Below, piece by piece: positions 1-9,001 of a stretch of DNA of 64,000 nucleotides. Position 1 is the stretch's first letter. Each line of letters opens with the position of its first letter. The notes below the pieces were generated by a model that worked only from the letters and a program-made list of their open reading frames with translations, was not told the DNA's origin and did no database searches. Source of the DNA: Deferrisomatales bacterium (GTDB taxonomy: Bacteria > Desulfobacterota > Deferrisomatia > Deferrisomatales > JACRMM01); contig JAWSUI010000005.1 of NCBI GenBank assembly GCA_033551855.1, positions 31,026 to 95,025 of the forward strand, written 5' to 3'. Made by a program: the position numbers and the translations under genes.

Positions 1-795
1 CTGCCGCAGGTAACGCGTGATCTCCCGGTACCCGATGGCTTGGAGAGCGGGGGAGTCGGGCGAGACCCCCGCAGTCAGCAGGCCCCGCACCTCGGCCTCC
101 CAACCCTGGGCCATCATGCGCACCACCCGCTCGTCGATGCGGCGGTAGAGCTCCGCCCTCGGCCGCTCCACCCCCAGGCAGAGGGCATCGTAGGTCCGCT
201 CGGCAAAGCCGTGGGCGGCCTGGAGAGCGGAGAGGCGCACCCCCCGCACCCTCCACACCTCGAGGCCTCGCACGATGCGGCTGCGGTCGTTGGGGTGGAG
301 CCGGGCCGCGAGCTCCGGGTCGGCCGTCGCCAACTCCGCGTACAGGAGCCCCCCTTCGCCGGCTGCCCAGGCCGCCTCGAGCTCCCCCCGCACCGCCGGG
401 TCCCGAGGAGGGCCCTCCGCAAGCCCCCCGAGGAGGGTCTTGAGATAGAGGGCGGTTCCCCCGCACACCAGGGGCACCCGCCCCCGGGCCCGGATCTGCC
501 GGATCGCCCGGTCGGCCTCGGCCCGGAAACGCCCCGCGTGGTATGCCTCCCCGGGCTCCGCCACATCGACCAGATGGTGGGGGACCCGCGCCCGCTCCTC
601 CCGGGACGGCTTGGCGGTGCCGATATCCAGGCCGCGGTACACCTGCAGCGCGTCCGCCGAGACGATCTCGCCCCCCAGGGCCTCGGCCAGCCCCAGGGCC
701 AGCTCCGACTTCCCCGAAGCCGTGGGGCCGGTGATGACGAGGATGGAAGGCCGCAGGGCTGCGTCGGTCAGGGAGTGCGGTCGCGGGCCCCTCAT
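1..795 (-). CDS. miaA: tRNA dimethylallyltransferase, C-terminal end cut by window edge
   Basis: Not in ORF track because it runs off the left edge. Hand translation of the minus strand from ATG at 795 gives MRGPRPHSLTDAALRPSILVITGPTASGKSELALGLAEALGGEIVSADALQVYRGLDIGTAKP... This has the P-loop and a typical MiaA N-terminus, and mutL-miaA is classic synteny. Confidence 0.9.
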   Translation of the reverse strand, partial: MRGPRPHSLTDAALRPSILVITGPTASGKSELALGLAEALGGEIVSADALQVYRGLDIGTAKPSREERARVPHHLVDVAEPGEAYHAGRFRAEADRAIRQIRARGRVPLVCGGTALYLKTLLGGLAEGPPRDPAVRGELEAAWAAGEGGLLYAELATADPELAARLHPNDRSRIVRGLEVWRVRGVRLSALQAAHGFAERTYDALCLGVERPRAELYRRIDERVVRMMAQGWEAEVRGLLTAGVSPDSPALQAIGYREITRYLRQ

Positions 796-819
796 CACAG
801 CTTCTTCTCCTGGGCACGA

Positions 820-864
820 GGACCTAGGGGACCGCAGGGACGGCAAGGACCGCAAGGACGGGGG
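820..864. repeat. Five tandem 9-nt units GGACCTAGG GGACCGCAG GGACGGCAA GGACCGCAA GGACGGGGG
   Basis: Read directly; lies 25-70 nt upstream of the miaA start codon. Confidence 0.7.
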
Positions 865-915
865 CCGTTCCTCTTCACGCTTCCCGCCCTCCCAATCACC
901 CCACTTCCTCAATCT

Positions 916-936
916 CCCTCCCCCGCCGGGGGAGGG
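916..936. repeat. G/C hairpin CCCTCCCCC-gcc-GGGGGAGGG (family copy 1)
   Basis: Perfect 9-bp stem with 3-nt loop; same motif recurs at 8422, 10368 and 10433. Confidence 0.7.
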
Positions 937-964
937 CCGGGGCGGGGGTCCCCCGGACCCGGCT

Positions 965-1001
965 ACAAACCCCGTCGCGGGCGGGAGCCCGCTCCCACAG
1001 G
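965..1001 (+). repeat. REP-like element ...CCCGTCGCGGGCGGGAGCCCGCTCCCACAGG
   Basis: Near-identical to two copies at 19382-19420 and 19454-19490; core palindrome GGGAGC-CC-GCTCCC. Confidence 0.7.
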
Positions 1002-1003
1002 CC

Positions 1004-1024
1004 CAGCCTCCAGCCTCCAGCTTC
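1004..1024. repeat. Tandem heptads CAGCCTC CAGCCTC CAGCTTC abutting the mutL stop codon
   Basis: Read directly. Confidence 0.7.
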
Positions 1025-2956
1025 CTACCCCCGATGAAACATCCCCTCCACCTGCCGGCGGGTCAGGCGGACCAGGAGGGGGCGGCCGTGGGGGCAGTGG
1101 GTGGGGTGGCGCAGGGTCTCCAGCCGGGCCAGGAGCTCCCCCACCTCCGAGGGGTCCAGACAGGCCCGGGCCTTCACCGCCGCGGCGCAAGCCGCCCGGC
1201 GGGCCAGGGCCTCGCGCCGGCCGCCCTCTTCGAACCCGGGGACGCCGCCCCACGCCGCGGCCTCGGCCCCCAGCAGGTCCCGCACCGCCGCCTCAACGGC
1301 CTCCACCGGGAGTCCGGCCGGCGCCTCGCGCACGGCCACCGCTGCCGGGCCGAAGGCTTCGGTGCGAAATCCCAGGGCCGCCAAGGCGTCCCGGCGCTCC
1401 TCCCACCCGGCCAGCTCCCCGGGGGAGCACTCCAGGGTCACGGGCAGGAGCAGGGTCTGGGTCTTGGGCGCCCCGGGCCGGCCGGCCGCGTCGTCCAGGA
1501 GCGCCTCGTAGAGCACCCGTTCGTGGGCCGCGTGCTGGTCCAGGAGCACGAGCTCGCGGCTGCCGGGATCCTCGAAGAGGAGGTAGGTGGCGTCGAAGGC
1601 CCCCAGGTAGCGCAGCCCACGAAACGGCCCAGCGCCCGTCCCCGCATCGACGGGCACGCCCTCCCCGGGAACGCCGTCGTCGTGGCGGCTTCCCCCTCCG
1701 GCCCCCGCCCCCCCCGAGACGGTCCGGAAGGACCCGAAGGGCGGCGGAGGCCGGGGGGCCATGCCGCGGGCCTCCGCCCGGCGGGCGTAGTCCTGCAGAG
1801 CCTCGGCTACCCGTGTCGCGGCGGGCGCGTCCCGGCCTCGGCCCGGCGGAGGCGCTCCCTCGCCCGCCGCGCGGCCCCAGCTCGGCGGTGTCCCGGAACC
1901 CCCGACCGGCGGCTCCTCGCCGACCGTCTCGCACCCCGGCTCGCGGCGGCGCCCCGGCCCGGCCCACGCCCCCTCGGCCAGGGCCTGGGCGGTCCGCCCG
2001 GCCACCCAGCGGAACACCCGGGACTCGTCCCGGAACCGCACCTCCCGCTTGGCCGGGTGGACGTTCACGTCCACCTCCTCCGGGGGGAGCCGCAGCCACA
2101 GCAGGGCCACCGGGAACCGCGCCGTCTCCAGCAGGCCCCGGTACCCCTCCAGGAGCGCCCGGAAGAGCAGCCGGTCCTGCACAGGCCGGCCGTTCACGAA
2201 GAGGCGCATCCCCCGGCGGTGCCCCCGCCCCTCGTGGGGGGCCCCGAAGGCGAGCGTGAACCCCCACCCGTCGGCCTCCCCCTGGGCCCAGCGCAGCCCC
2301 GCCGGCGCCTCGGCCCCCACCACCTCGGCCGCGCGGTCCTCGAGGCTCTGGTCGGGGGGAAGGGCCAGGAGCACCCGGTTCCCGCTGCGCAGCTCGAACC
2401 CCACCCCGCAGTGGGCCAGGGAGAGCTGGGTCAGGGTCTCCACCACGTTGCGGAGCTCGGTGGCGTCGCCCTTGAGGAACTTGCGGCGGGCCGGAACATT
2501 GTAAAAGAGGTCCTCCGCCTCCACCCACGTGCCCCGGGCCGCCCCCCGGGTCTCCACCGAGACCAGGCGCCCGCCCTCCAGCCGCACCTCGGTCCCCTCG
2601 GGGTCGCCCTCCGCCCGGGTGAGCAGGCGGAGGCGGCTCACCGAGGCGATGCTCGGCAGGGCCTCGCCCCGAAACCCCAGCGTCCCGATCCGTTCCAGGT
2701 CCTCCGCAGCGGCCAGCTTGCTCGTGGCGTGGCGCTCCAGGGCCAGCAGCGCGTCGTCGCGCCCCATGCCGCACCCGTCGTCCTCCACCGAGATCGCGCG
2801 CCTGCCGGCCCCCTCCACCCGCACCCGCACCCGGCGCCCCCCGGCGTCGACCGCGTTCTCCACCAGCTCCTTCACCACGCTCGCCGGCCGCTCCACCACC
2901 TCCCCCGCCGCGATGCGGTTGGCCACCTCGTCGGGCAGCACGCGTATCCTTGCCAT
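1025..2956 (-). CDS. mutL: DNA mismatch repair endonuclease MutL
   Basis: ORF 1025..3010; start moved to the internal Met. MARIRVLPDEVANRIAAGEVVERPASVVKELVENAVDAGG is the GHKL ATPase N-terminus. The C-terminal endonuclease motif DQHAAHERVLYE and CPHGRP are present. Confidence 0.95.
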   Translation of the reverse strand: MARIRVLPDEVANRIAAGEVVERPASVVKELVENAVDAGGRRVRVRVEGAGRRAISVEDDGCGMGRDDALLALERHATSKLAAAEDLERIGTLGFRGEALPSIASVSRLRLLTRAEGDPEGTEVRLEGGRLVSVETRGAARGTWVEAEDLFYNVPARRKFLKGDATELRNVVETLTQLSLAHCGVGFELRSGNRVLLALPPDQSLEDRAAEVVGAEAPAGLRWAQGEADGWGFTLAFGAPHEGRGHRRGMRLFVNGRPVQDRLLFRALLEGYRGLLETARFPVALLWLRLPPEEVDVNVHPAKREVRFRDESRVFRWVAGRTAQALAEGAWAGPGRRREPGCETVGEEPPVGGSGTPPSWGRAAGEGAPPPGRGRDAPAATRVAEALQDYARRAEARGMAPRPPPPFGSFRTVSGGAGAGGGSRHDDGVPGEGVPVDAGTGAGPFRGLRYLGAFDATYLLFEDPGSRELVLLDQHAAHERVLYEALLDDAAGRPGAPKTQTLLLPVTLECSPGELAGWEERRDALAALGFRTEAFGPAAVAVREAPAGLPVEAVEAAVRDLLGAEAAAWGGVPGFEEGGRREALARRAACAAAVKARACLDPSEVGELLARLETLRHPTHCPHGRPLLVRLTRRQVEGMFHRG

Positions 2957-3280
2957 GGGCCACCTCCGCGGGCACTCTAGCACCCGGCCTCCGGGGGACT
3001 CAAGACGCACCGTCCCCGGACCCCGGCACAGGCCGACACCGCACCTTGCCCCAAGGGGTAGCGCCCTTCCGGGCCGCGAGCTACGATCTGTGGCAACAGG
3101 GAAATTTCCGCCAGGATTGATTCTCGCCTTAGCCTAATCGCCACGGTTTCTCGTAGGTCTCTCCCCGACCCGGTGCTTTCCGTGTCGTTAACCCTTGACT
3201 CGGACCTCCCCCCGAAGGCACCCTGCCGTCCGCAGAGCATTGCGCTCTAAGGGGAAAATGTGCTTTGTTGCCAAAGACGC

Positions 3281-3309
3281 TTGCCTTCCTTGTGTTTGCT
3301 GGCTATACT
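3281..3309 (+). promoter_or_regulatory. Candidate sigma70 promoter TTGCCT-17nt-TATACT
   Basis: Consensus match only, in the lower-GC 680-bp spacer upstream of the porin gene. Confidence 0.35.
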
Positions 3310-3413
3310 CCGCTGCCAAATCGCAGAGCCGTGAAGGAGGGGCGACCTTCGGCAGACCTCCGGGCTTCTTCTGGATCTCGCAGATTCGGGCGAAAAGCAG
3401 CGCTTTCCAGGCC

Positions 3414-3443
3414 TTGACTCTGGATTTAAACCGCTGTTATGCT
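3414..3443 (+). promoter_or_regulatory. Candidate sigma70 promoter TTGACT-18nt-TATGCT with TGn extended -10
   Basis: Consensus match only; would give a roughly 190-nt porin leader. Confidence 0.4.
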
Positions 3444-3639
3444 CCGCGCGCGAGATTTTCGTTTGTGTGGCCGCAGCGGCGGCTCGGCCCTCGGGCCGTA
3501 TGAAATAGAGGGTAGTAGGAGGCGTGTCCTGCTCTTTCAACCTAGGAAAAAGGAGGTGACGCGGACAATCCGAGGTCGGAAGGTACCAAACAGGACCGAT
3601 TCACCAACGGGTTGGGTCAACCACTACAGGAGGAATGGG

Positions 3640-4983
3640 ATGAAGAGACTTCTTCGCACGGCCCTCGTCGGGACCCTGGCCTTGGGCCTGGCCGCCCCGG
3701 CCTTCGCCGACCACGAGATCGGCGGGTACTTCCGCACCCAGTTCATCATGGCATCCCAGGGCGTGTCGGCCGGATGGGGCGCGCCCGTCGTCCCTGGCGC
3801 CGGGCTGGTGACCAAGGACGAAAAGCCGGACAAGATGGTCGACAACCGCCTCCGGATCCGGTGGCAGAACAACATCAACGAGTACGTGAGCATCGTGTGG
3901 TTCGGCGAGATCGACACCCCTTGGGGGCAGCCGTCCAAGGGCGCCATCGGCTCCGGCGGCAGGCAGGGGATGGACGGCGTCAACGTCGAGACCAAGCATG
4001 CCTACGCCGACGTGAAGATCCCCGACACGCCGGTGTCGTTTCGCGTGGGCGGCCAGGGATGGGGCGGAGCCTTCAACGGCGTCGTCATGAACGACGACAT
4101 GATGGGCGTGAGGGCCAACGTCAAGCTGGACATGGTCAGCACCACGCTCTTCTGGGCCAAGCTGCTGGAAAACGACCGCTTTCGGGAGGATGACAAGGAC
4201 CTGTACTCCGTCCAAGTCGGTCTGACGCCGATCAAGGGGCTCAAGATCACCCCGGAGCTGACCTGGATCAGGGATCAGCCGGGCGACCGTGACGACTTTT
4301 TCGCCGGCATCGAACTCGCCCACAAGATTGCCAACATCGACGTGTCCGGATGGTTCCTCTACAATTGGGGCACGGACGAGAGCGGCCCCGCGGACGTGGA
4401 CACCCAGGCCTTTGCCGCCAGCGCGAAGGTGGCTACCCAGATCGCCGGCGTCAAGGCGAGCCTCCGGCTCATGTACTTCAGCAACGACGACGACGCCAAG
4501 GACGACAAGTCGATCAACCCCGGCGGCAGGGACGGCGGAGCCGCCTTCTCCAACGGCGGTTTCGAGTTCTTCGACGAGTACCTCCAGATCTTCCTCACCG
4601 ACATCTACTACAACAACTGGATCGGCGGGAGAAGAGCCCTGCTCGACGCTGCCTACTCCGGCTTCGGCCTCTTCGGCGCGGTGGCGGGAGGGACGTACGT
4701 CCCGCCTGCGGTGAAGGCGCTCACGCTCAGGGGAGCCGTCGGCTACTTCATGGCCCTCGACGACGAGCGCAATGACAGCGCCGCTGCCGCTGACAACCGC
4801 GAGGGCACGAGCCTCGGCACCGAGATCTCCGTCTCGGTCGGCTACAAGATCGCTGGGAACGCCGAGCTGAACCTGCGCGGCGCCTATGCTCTCTTGGGAG
4901 ACTTCTACGACGGCCAGGCGGCCGGCGGCAGGGACCCCGACGACCTCTACATTACCGTTTTGATGCTCAACATCCCCTACTGA
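3640..4983 (+). CDS. Outer-membrane beta-barrel porin (putative)
   Basis: ORF 3439..4983 trimmed to the Met preceded by AGGAGG. Signal peptide MKRLLRTALVGTLALGLAAPAFA, alternating beta-strand-like composition, C-terminal aromatic ...LNIPY. Confidence 0.75.
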   Translation: MKRLLRTALVGTLALGLAAPAFADHEIGGYFRTQFIMASQGVSAGWGAPVVPGAGLVTKDEKPDKMVDNRLRIRWQNNINEYVSIVWFGEIDTPWGQPSKGAIGSGGRQGMDGVNVETKHAYADVKIPDTPVSFRVGGQGWGGAFNGVVMNDDMMGVRANVKLDMVSTTLFWAKLLENDRFREDDKDLYSVQVGLTPIKGLKITPELTWIRDQPGDRDDFFAGIELAHKIANIDVSGWFLYNWGTDESGPADVDTQAFAASAKVATQIAGVKASLRLMYFSNDDDAKDDKSINPGGRDGGAAFSNGGFEFFDEYLQIFLTDIYYNNWIGGRRALLDAAYSGFGLFGAVAGGTYVPPAVKALTLRGAVGYFMALDDERNDSAAAADNREGTSLGTEISVSVGYKIAGNAELNLRGAYALLGDFYDGQAAGGRDPDDLYITVLMLNIPY

Positions 4984-5012
4984 TCATCGAACCGGTAGCA
5001 CCGAAGCACCAA

Positions 5013-5046
5013 GCCCCGGAGGGTCCGCCCTCCGGGGCTTTCTTTC
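5013..5046 (+). terminator. Rho-independent terminator of the porin gene
   Basis: GCCCCGGAGGG-tccg-CCCTCCGGGGC (11-bp stem) followed by TTTCTTTC, 30 nt after the stop. Confidence 0.8.
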
Positions 5047-5478
5047 GCGTTCTTCCCCTGCGTGTCCCGCGGCGGCAACCGGCGCTGTCTTTCGGAACGG
5101 GGACCTGCGTCCGCTCCGAAGCGGCGCTCGCCGAGCCCCTGTTCCCTGTCCTCCAGAACAGGGAGAGAAGCCAGCGGAAGAGCCCCGCCTCGGCCGCCCG
5201 CCTCCGGCTCCACCCCCGCTCGTCGATGAGAAAGGCCACCGGGGCCTCCAGGAGCGAGATCGCGCTGGTGAGGCCCGCGAAGGCGAGGAGGCGTGGAATG
5301 GGGGCTCGGGCCGGGTTCGGGATCGAGGTGGACCGGGCCGCCGGGAGCTCCTCAGCACGCCGCGCGGCGGAGCGAGTCCAGGCCAGTGAGGGTCTCGGGA
5401 GCAAGCGAGCCCCGGAGGCTTGCCTCCGGGGCTCGTGTTTGCCCTGGTCCCCAGCTCGGTTCCGAGCCGGCGCCCTCG

Positions 5479-6573
5479 TCAGCCGTTCACCGCCGCCCGG
5501 CTCTCCTCCACGGCGAAGAGCTCGTCGAAGATCTCCGGGACGGTGGAGATCCGGTCGGACCTCCAGGCGTTGCTGCCGCAGAAGACCAAGCCGCGCTCCA
5601 CGTCGCCGCGCTGGGCCCGGTCCAGGGCCCGGGCGATGCAGAAGCGCTCCCCCTCGTCCCGGTAGGCGCACTTGCGCAGGCACGCGACGGGGCAGCGAAG
5701 CTCGTCGTCCAGGTCGCCCTGGCGGATGCGGCCCACGTTCCCGACGAGGGCGCGGCCCGGCAGCCCCGCCGGGCTCATGACCAGGCCGATGTCCTCCCGG
5801 CGGCTGGCCAGGTAGGCAGCCTTGAAGGCCGGGTCGGCGTCGCACTCCTCGGTGCACACGAAGCGCGTGGCCATCTGCACACCGTCGGCGCCCTGTTCCA
5901 GTGCGGCGACCAGGTCCTCCCGGTCCCAGATGCCCCCCGCCGCGATCACGGGCACGTCGGCCCCCAAGGCTTCCCGGAAGAAGGCCTTCACGCCGCGAAC
6001 GGTGGCGTACTGGTCGTAGGTTCCGTTGCCGATGTTCTCGAGCTTCTCCCCCAGGTGGCCGCCCGCGGTGTCCGGGTCCTCCACCACCACCGCGTCGGGG
6101 AGCCGGTTGTAGCCCTTGCTCCACTTGCGGGCGATCAGCTCGGCGGCCCGCACGGAGGAGACGATCGGGACCAAGGCGACCTCCGGGTAGTCTGCCGTGA
6201 GGCCGGGCAAGGACAGGGGCAGGCCGGCGCCGCTCACGATCACCTTGGCGCCCCCCTCGCAGGAGGCCCGCACCACCTCCTCGTAGTCGCCCAGCGCGAC
6301 CATGCAGTTGGTCCCGACCACCCCGTCGGGAGCAATGGCGTAGGCTTTGCGGAGCTCGTCCTTCACCGCCCCGACGTCGGCTGCGGGCAGGCGCCTCCCG
6401 TCGAAGTGGGGGCTGTTCAGTCCCAGCGCCGCGGTGGCCACGAGGCCCACCCCTCCGCACCGGGCCACGTGACCCGCGAGGTTCCCGGCCGAGATGCGCA
6501 CGCCCATCCCTCCCTGGATCACCGGGAAGTGCGCCGTGTGCCGTCCGATGGCGAGGGGTCGGAATTCTTCCAT
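5479..6573 (-). CDS. NAD(P)H-dependent flavin oxidoreductase, nitronate monooxygenase/FabK-like family
   Basis: 364 aa; FPVIQGGMGVRIS, VPVIAAGGIWD and GADGVQMATRF motifs of the NMO TIM-barrel family. Confidence 0.88.
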   Translation of the reverse strand: MEEFRPLAIGRHTAHFPVIQGGMGVRISAGNLAGHVARCGGVGLVATAALGLNSPHFDGRRLPAADVGAVKDELRKAYAIAPDGVVGTNCMVALGDYEEVVRASCEGGAKVIVSGAGLPLSLPGLTADYPEVALVPIVSSVRAAELIARKWSKGYNRLPDAVVVEDPDTAGGHLGEKLENIGNGTYDQYATVRGVKAFFREALGADVPVIAAGGIWDREDLVAALEQGADGVQMATRFVCTEECDADPAFKAAYLASRREDIGLVMSPAGLPGRALVGNVGRIRQGDLDDELRCPVACLRKCAYRDEGERFCIARALDRAQRGDVERGLVFCGSNAWRSDRISTVPEIFDELFAVEESRAAVNG

Positions 6574-6687
6574 AGAGGGCCTCCGTTCATGGTCTACCGA
6601 TCGATTTCATGGTATCAGAGTCCCTGGGAAGCCGATGTAATACTTGTGTAAAACCTCACCCGCCCCGCCGGGGCGCCGGAAGGGACC

Positions 6688-7650
6688 GTGCCGCGCCTGC
6701 GCAGCCTCCTGTCCCCCATCGTTGTGTTCGTCGCGGTCCAGCTCGCCTGGATCCTCGCGGTGGTGTTCTGGGTGTACGGGAGCCTCCGCAGCCAGCGTCG
6801 GCTGCGGGAGCTGGCGGAAACCTACGGGCCCGAGCTGCCCCACAGCCCCCTGGACTGGCTGATCCTGATCGAGGGCCTCGTGCTCCTGGTGGTGATCCTG
6901 GTCGGCGTCTATGTGATCTTTCTTTACTGGCGCCGACAGGCCGCGCTCTACCGGGAGCAGAAGCGCCTGGTCTCCCAGGTGACCCACGAGCTCAAGTCGC
7001 CCCTGGCCTCCTTGCGGCTCTACCTGGAGACGATCCGGCTGCGCCGCCCCTCCCCCGAACAGCTCGACTCCTTCGTGGAAACGATGCTGGAGGACACGGA
7101 GCGCCTCAACCGACTCACCACCAACCTTTTGACCGCCAACCGCCTGGAGCACCGGGGCCTGAAGCTCGCTTTGCGCCCCGGCGACCTCTCGGCCTTTGTC
7201 GAGGGGTACTTCGGGGACAGGCGTCAGGACCTGCCGGAGGGGGGAACGCTCTCCCTGCACCTCGAACCGGGCCTGCGGGCCCGGTTCGAGGCCGAATCCC
7301 TGAGCATGGCCCTTCGCAACCTCTTCGAGAACGCCCTGCTGTACTCCGAGGGGCCGCCCCGCATCGAGGTCACCCTCCGGGGCCGCGACCGCAGCTGCCA
7401 CCTCGCTATCTCGGACCGGGGCCGCGGCATCGAGCCCCGGGAGCAGCGCAAGGTGTTTCGGATGTTCTACCGGGTGCGGCGCGGGGACGACGGCACCCAG
7501 GGGTCCGGCCTCGGCCTCTTCATCACCCGGGTGGTGGTGCTCCGCCACAAGGGCAAGATCTGGCTCGAGAGCGCGGGGCCGGGCCAGGGCACCACGGTGC
7601 ACCTGGCGCTCCCCCGACTGCGAAACGGCAAGCCCGAGGAGGTCCCGTGA
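6688..7650 (+). CDS. Sensor histidine kinase (two TM segments, HisKA, HATPase_c)
   Basis: GTG start after GGAAGGGA; H-box VSQVTHELKSPL, N-box LRNLFENALLYS, G-boxes DRGRGI / GSGLGL. Confidence 0.9.
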   Translation: MPRLRSLLSPIVVFVAVQLAWILAVVFWVYGSLRSQRRLRELAETYGPELPHSPLDWLILIEGLVLLVVILVGVYVIFLYWRRQAALYREQKRLVSQVTHELKSPLASLRLYLETIRLRRPSPEQLDSFVETMLEDTERLNRLTTNLLTANRLEHRGLKLALRPGDLSAFVEGYFGDRRQDLPEGGTLSLHLEPGLRARFEAESLSMALRNLFENALLYSEGPPRIEVTLRGRDRSCHLAISDRGRGIEPREQRKVFRMFYRVRRGDDGTQGSGLGLFITRVVVLRHKGKIWLESAGPGQGTTVHLALPRLRNGKPEEVP

Positions 7651-8354
7651 GCCAGACGGAGATCCTGCTCGTGGAAGACGAGCCCCACATCGCCCGGGGC
7701 CTGGTGTTCAACCTCGAGCAGGAGGGCTACCGGGTCGTCCACGCGGAAACCGGGGAGGAGGCGCTGCGCCTCCTCCCCGAGCACCCCTTCGCCCTGGTGG
7801 TACTCGACCTGATGCTCCCCGGCATCGGAGGGCTCGAGGTCTGCCGGCGCATCCGGACCCTGGAACCGCGCCTGCCGGTCCTCATGCTCACCGCCCTCTC
7901 CTCCGAGGCCGACCGGGTCGAGGGCCTCCGCCACGGCGCCGACGACTACCTGACCAAACCCTTCAGCCTCGCGGAGTTCCTCTTGCGGGTGCAGGGCATG
8001 CTGCGGCGGTCGGGCTGGTACCGGCAGCCCGTGGATGTCGCGGAGCGGTACCGGTTCGGGGACAACCGCGTCGACCTGGCCTCCGGGGCGGCCGCGGGTC
8101 CCCGGGGGGACGTGACGCTGACCGAGCTCGAGCTGAAGATGCTGCGCCTGTTCGTGGCCCGCGAGGGCGAGGTGCTCCCCCGCGCCGAGCTCCTGGGCTC
8201 GGTCTGGGGAATGCCCCCGGACAGCGAGACCCGGACCCTGGACAACTTCGTGGTGCGACTGCGCAAGTACTTCGAGCCGGATCCGTCGTCCCCCGTGCAC
8301 TTCCTCACCGTGAGGGGCCGGGGCTACCGCTTCGTGCGCGAGGGTGGGTCGTAG
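7647..8354 (+). CDS. OmpR-family response regulator
   Basis: GTG at 7647 overlaps the kinase stop (GTGA). ILLVEDEPHIARGL...VVLDLMLPGIGG receiver domain plus a winged-helix C-terminus ...TVRGRGYRF. Confidence 0.9.
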   Translation: MSQTEILLVEDEPHIARGLVFNLEQEGYRVVHAETGEEALRLLPEHPFALVVLDLMLPGIGGLEVCRRIRTLEPRLPVLMLTALSSEADRVEGLRHGADDYLTKPFSLAEFLLRVQGMLRRSGWYRQPVDVAERYRFGDNRVDLASGAAAGPRGDVTLTELELKMLRLFVAREGEVLPRAELLGSVWGMPPDSETRTLDNFVVRLRKYFEPDPSSPVHFLTVRGRGYRFVREGGS

Positions 8355-8421
8355 AGCCTCCCCCCGGAGGGGCCTGCACGGTCGGGCGGGCACCGCTCGT
8401 GCTTCGAGCGCCCCCCTCCTG

Positions 8422-8441
8422 CCTCCCCCCGGAGGGGGAGG
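8422..8441. repeat. G/C hairpin CCTCCCCC-cgga-GGGGGAGG (family copy 2)
   Basis: Read directly, between the response regulator and the hypothetical gene. Confidence 0.65.
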
Positions 8442-8476
8442 GAATAAGGAAGTACTTAACGATGAAAGGAGCTGCG

Positions 8477-9001
8477 ATGCCCGGAGACCTGCTCAAGGGA
8501 GACCTGGTCCGCCACCCCGCCCTGGGGCTGGGCCGTGTGGAGGAGACCTCAGGCTTCGGGGAGGAACAACGGTGCAAGGTGTGCTTCGTCCGCTCCGGCA
8601 AGGAGACCTACTTCGGCCGCGGCGATCTGGCGCCGCTGACCCCGGCCGAGATCGCCGCCTACGAGCTCGTCAAGCTCGCGGTGCGCGACCTGCGCGAAGA
8701 GGAGCTGCCCGCGGTGGAGATGGCCGAGCGGTGGGAGGGGGGCGAGCTCGTCCTCAAGCCCGCGGATCCCGCCCTGGCCCCCAAGGCCGTGCCGCTCGAG
8801 GCCTTCTTCCACAAGATCGTCATGATCCGGGACCGCCTGCGCGTCCTCGAGCAGCAGGTCAACGCCCACCCCAACCTCACCGACCAGGACCGGGTGGGCC
8901 TCCAGCAGTACATCACCCGCTGCTACGGGAGCCTCACCACGTTCAACGTGCTCTTCAAGCGCAAGGAGGACTGCTTCGTGGGGCAGAAGGGGGAGAAGTA
9001 A
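8477..9001 (+). CDS. Hypothetical protein
   Basis: ORF 8399..9001 trimmed to the ATG 5 nt after AAGGAG. Balanced, non-repetitive composition (…GDLVRHPALGLGRVEE…YITRCYGSLTTFNVLFKRKED). No family recognised. Confidence 0.6.
   Translation: MPGDLLKGDLVRHPALGLGRVEETSGFGEEQRCKVCFVRSGKETYFGRGDLAPLTPAEIAAYELVKLAVRDLREEELPAVEMAERWEGGELVLKPADPALAPKAVPLEAFFHKIVMIRDRLRVLEQQVNAHPNLTDQDRVGLQQYITRCYGSLTTFNVLFKRKEDCFVGQKGEK

Noticed and set aside
40-2980. Very long plus-strand ORFs (40..2259, 739 aa; 611..2980, 789 aa) and several others overlapping miaA and mutL
   Set aside because: They are extremely Pro/Arg/Gly/Ala-rich and low in complexity, with no motifs. They lie antisense or out of frame to clearly homologous genes (MiaA, MutL). 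These are typical stop-codon-poor shadow ORFs of high-GC DNA.
3011-3639. Small ORF or riboswitch in the long lower-GC region upstream of the porin (strong SD-like AAGGAGGTGA at about 3550 and GAAGGAGG at about 3334)
   Set aside because: No start codon lies at a functional distance from either SD-like sequence, other than in frame with the porin ORF and without a signal peptide. No known riboswitch core was recognised. I treat it as promoter plus 5' UTR.
8955-9001. The 47-nt convergent overlap of the hypothetical gene and the DMT transporter as evidence of a mis-called gene
   Set aside because: Both ORFs have plausible ends. The DMT tail after its last TM segment (..QQLFTSPPSAPRSSPPCA) may be non-functional read-on, but no earlier stop exists, so I kept both calls.
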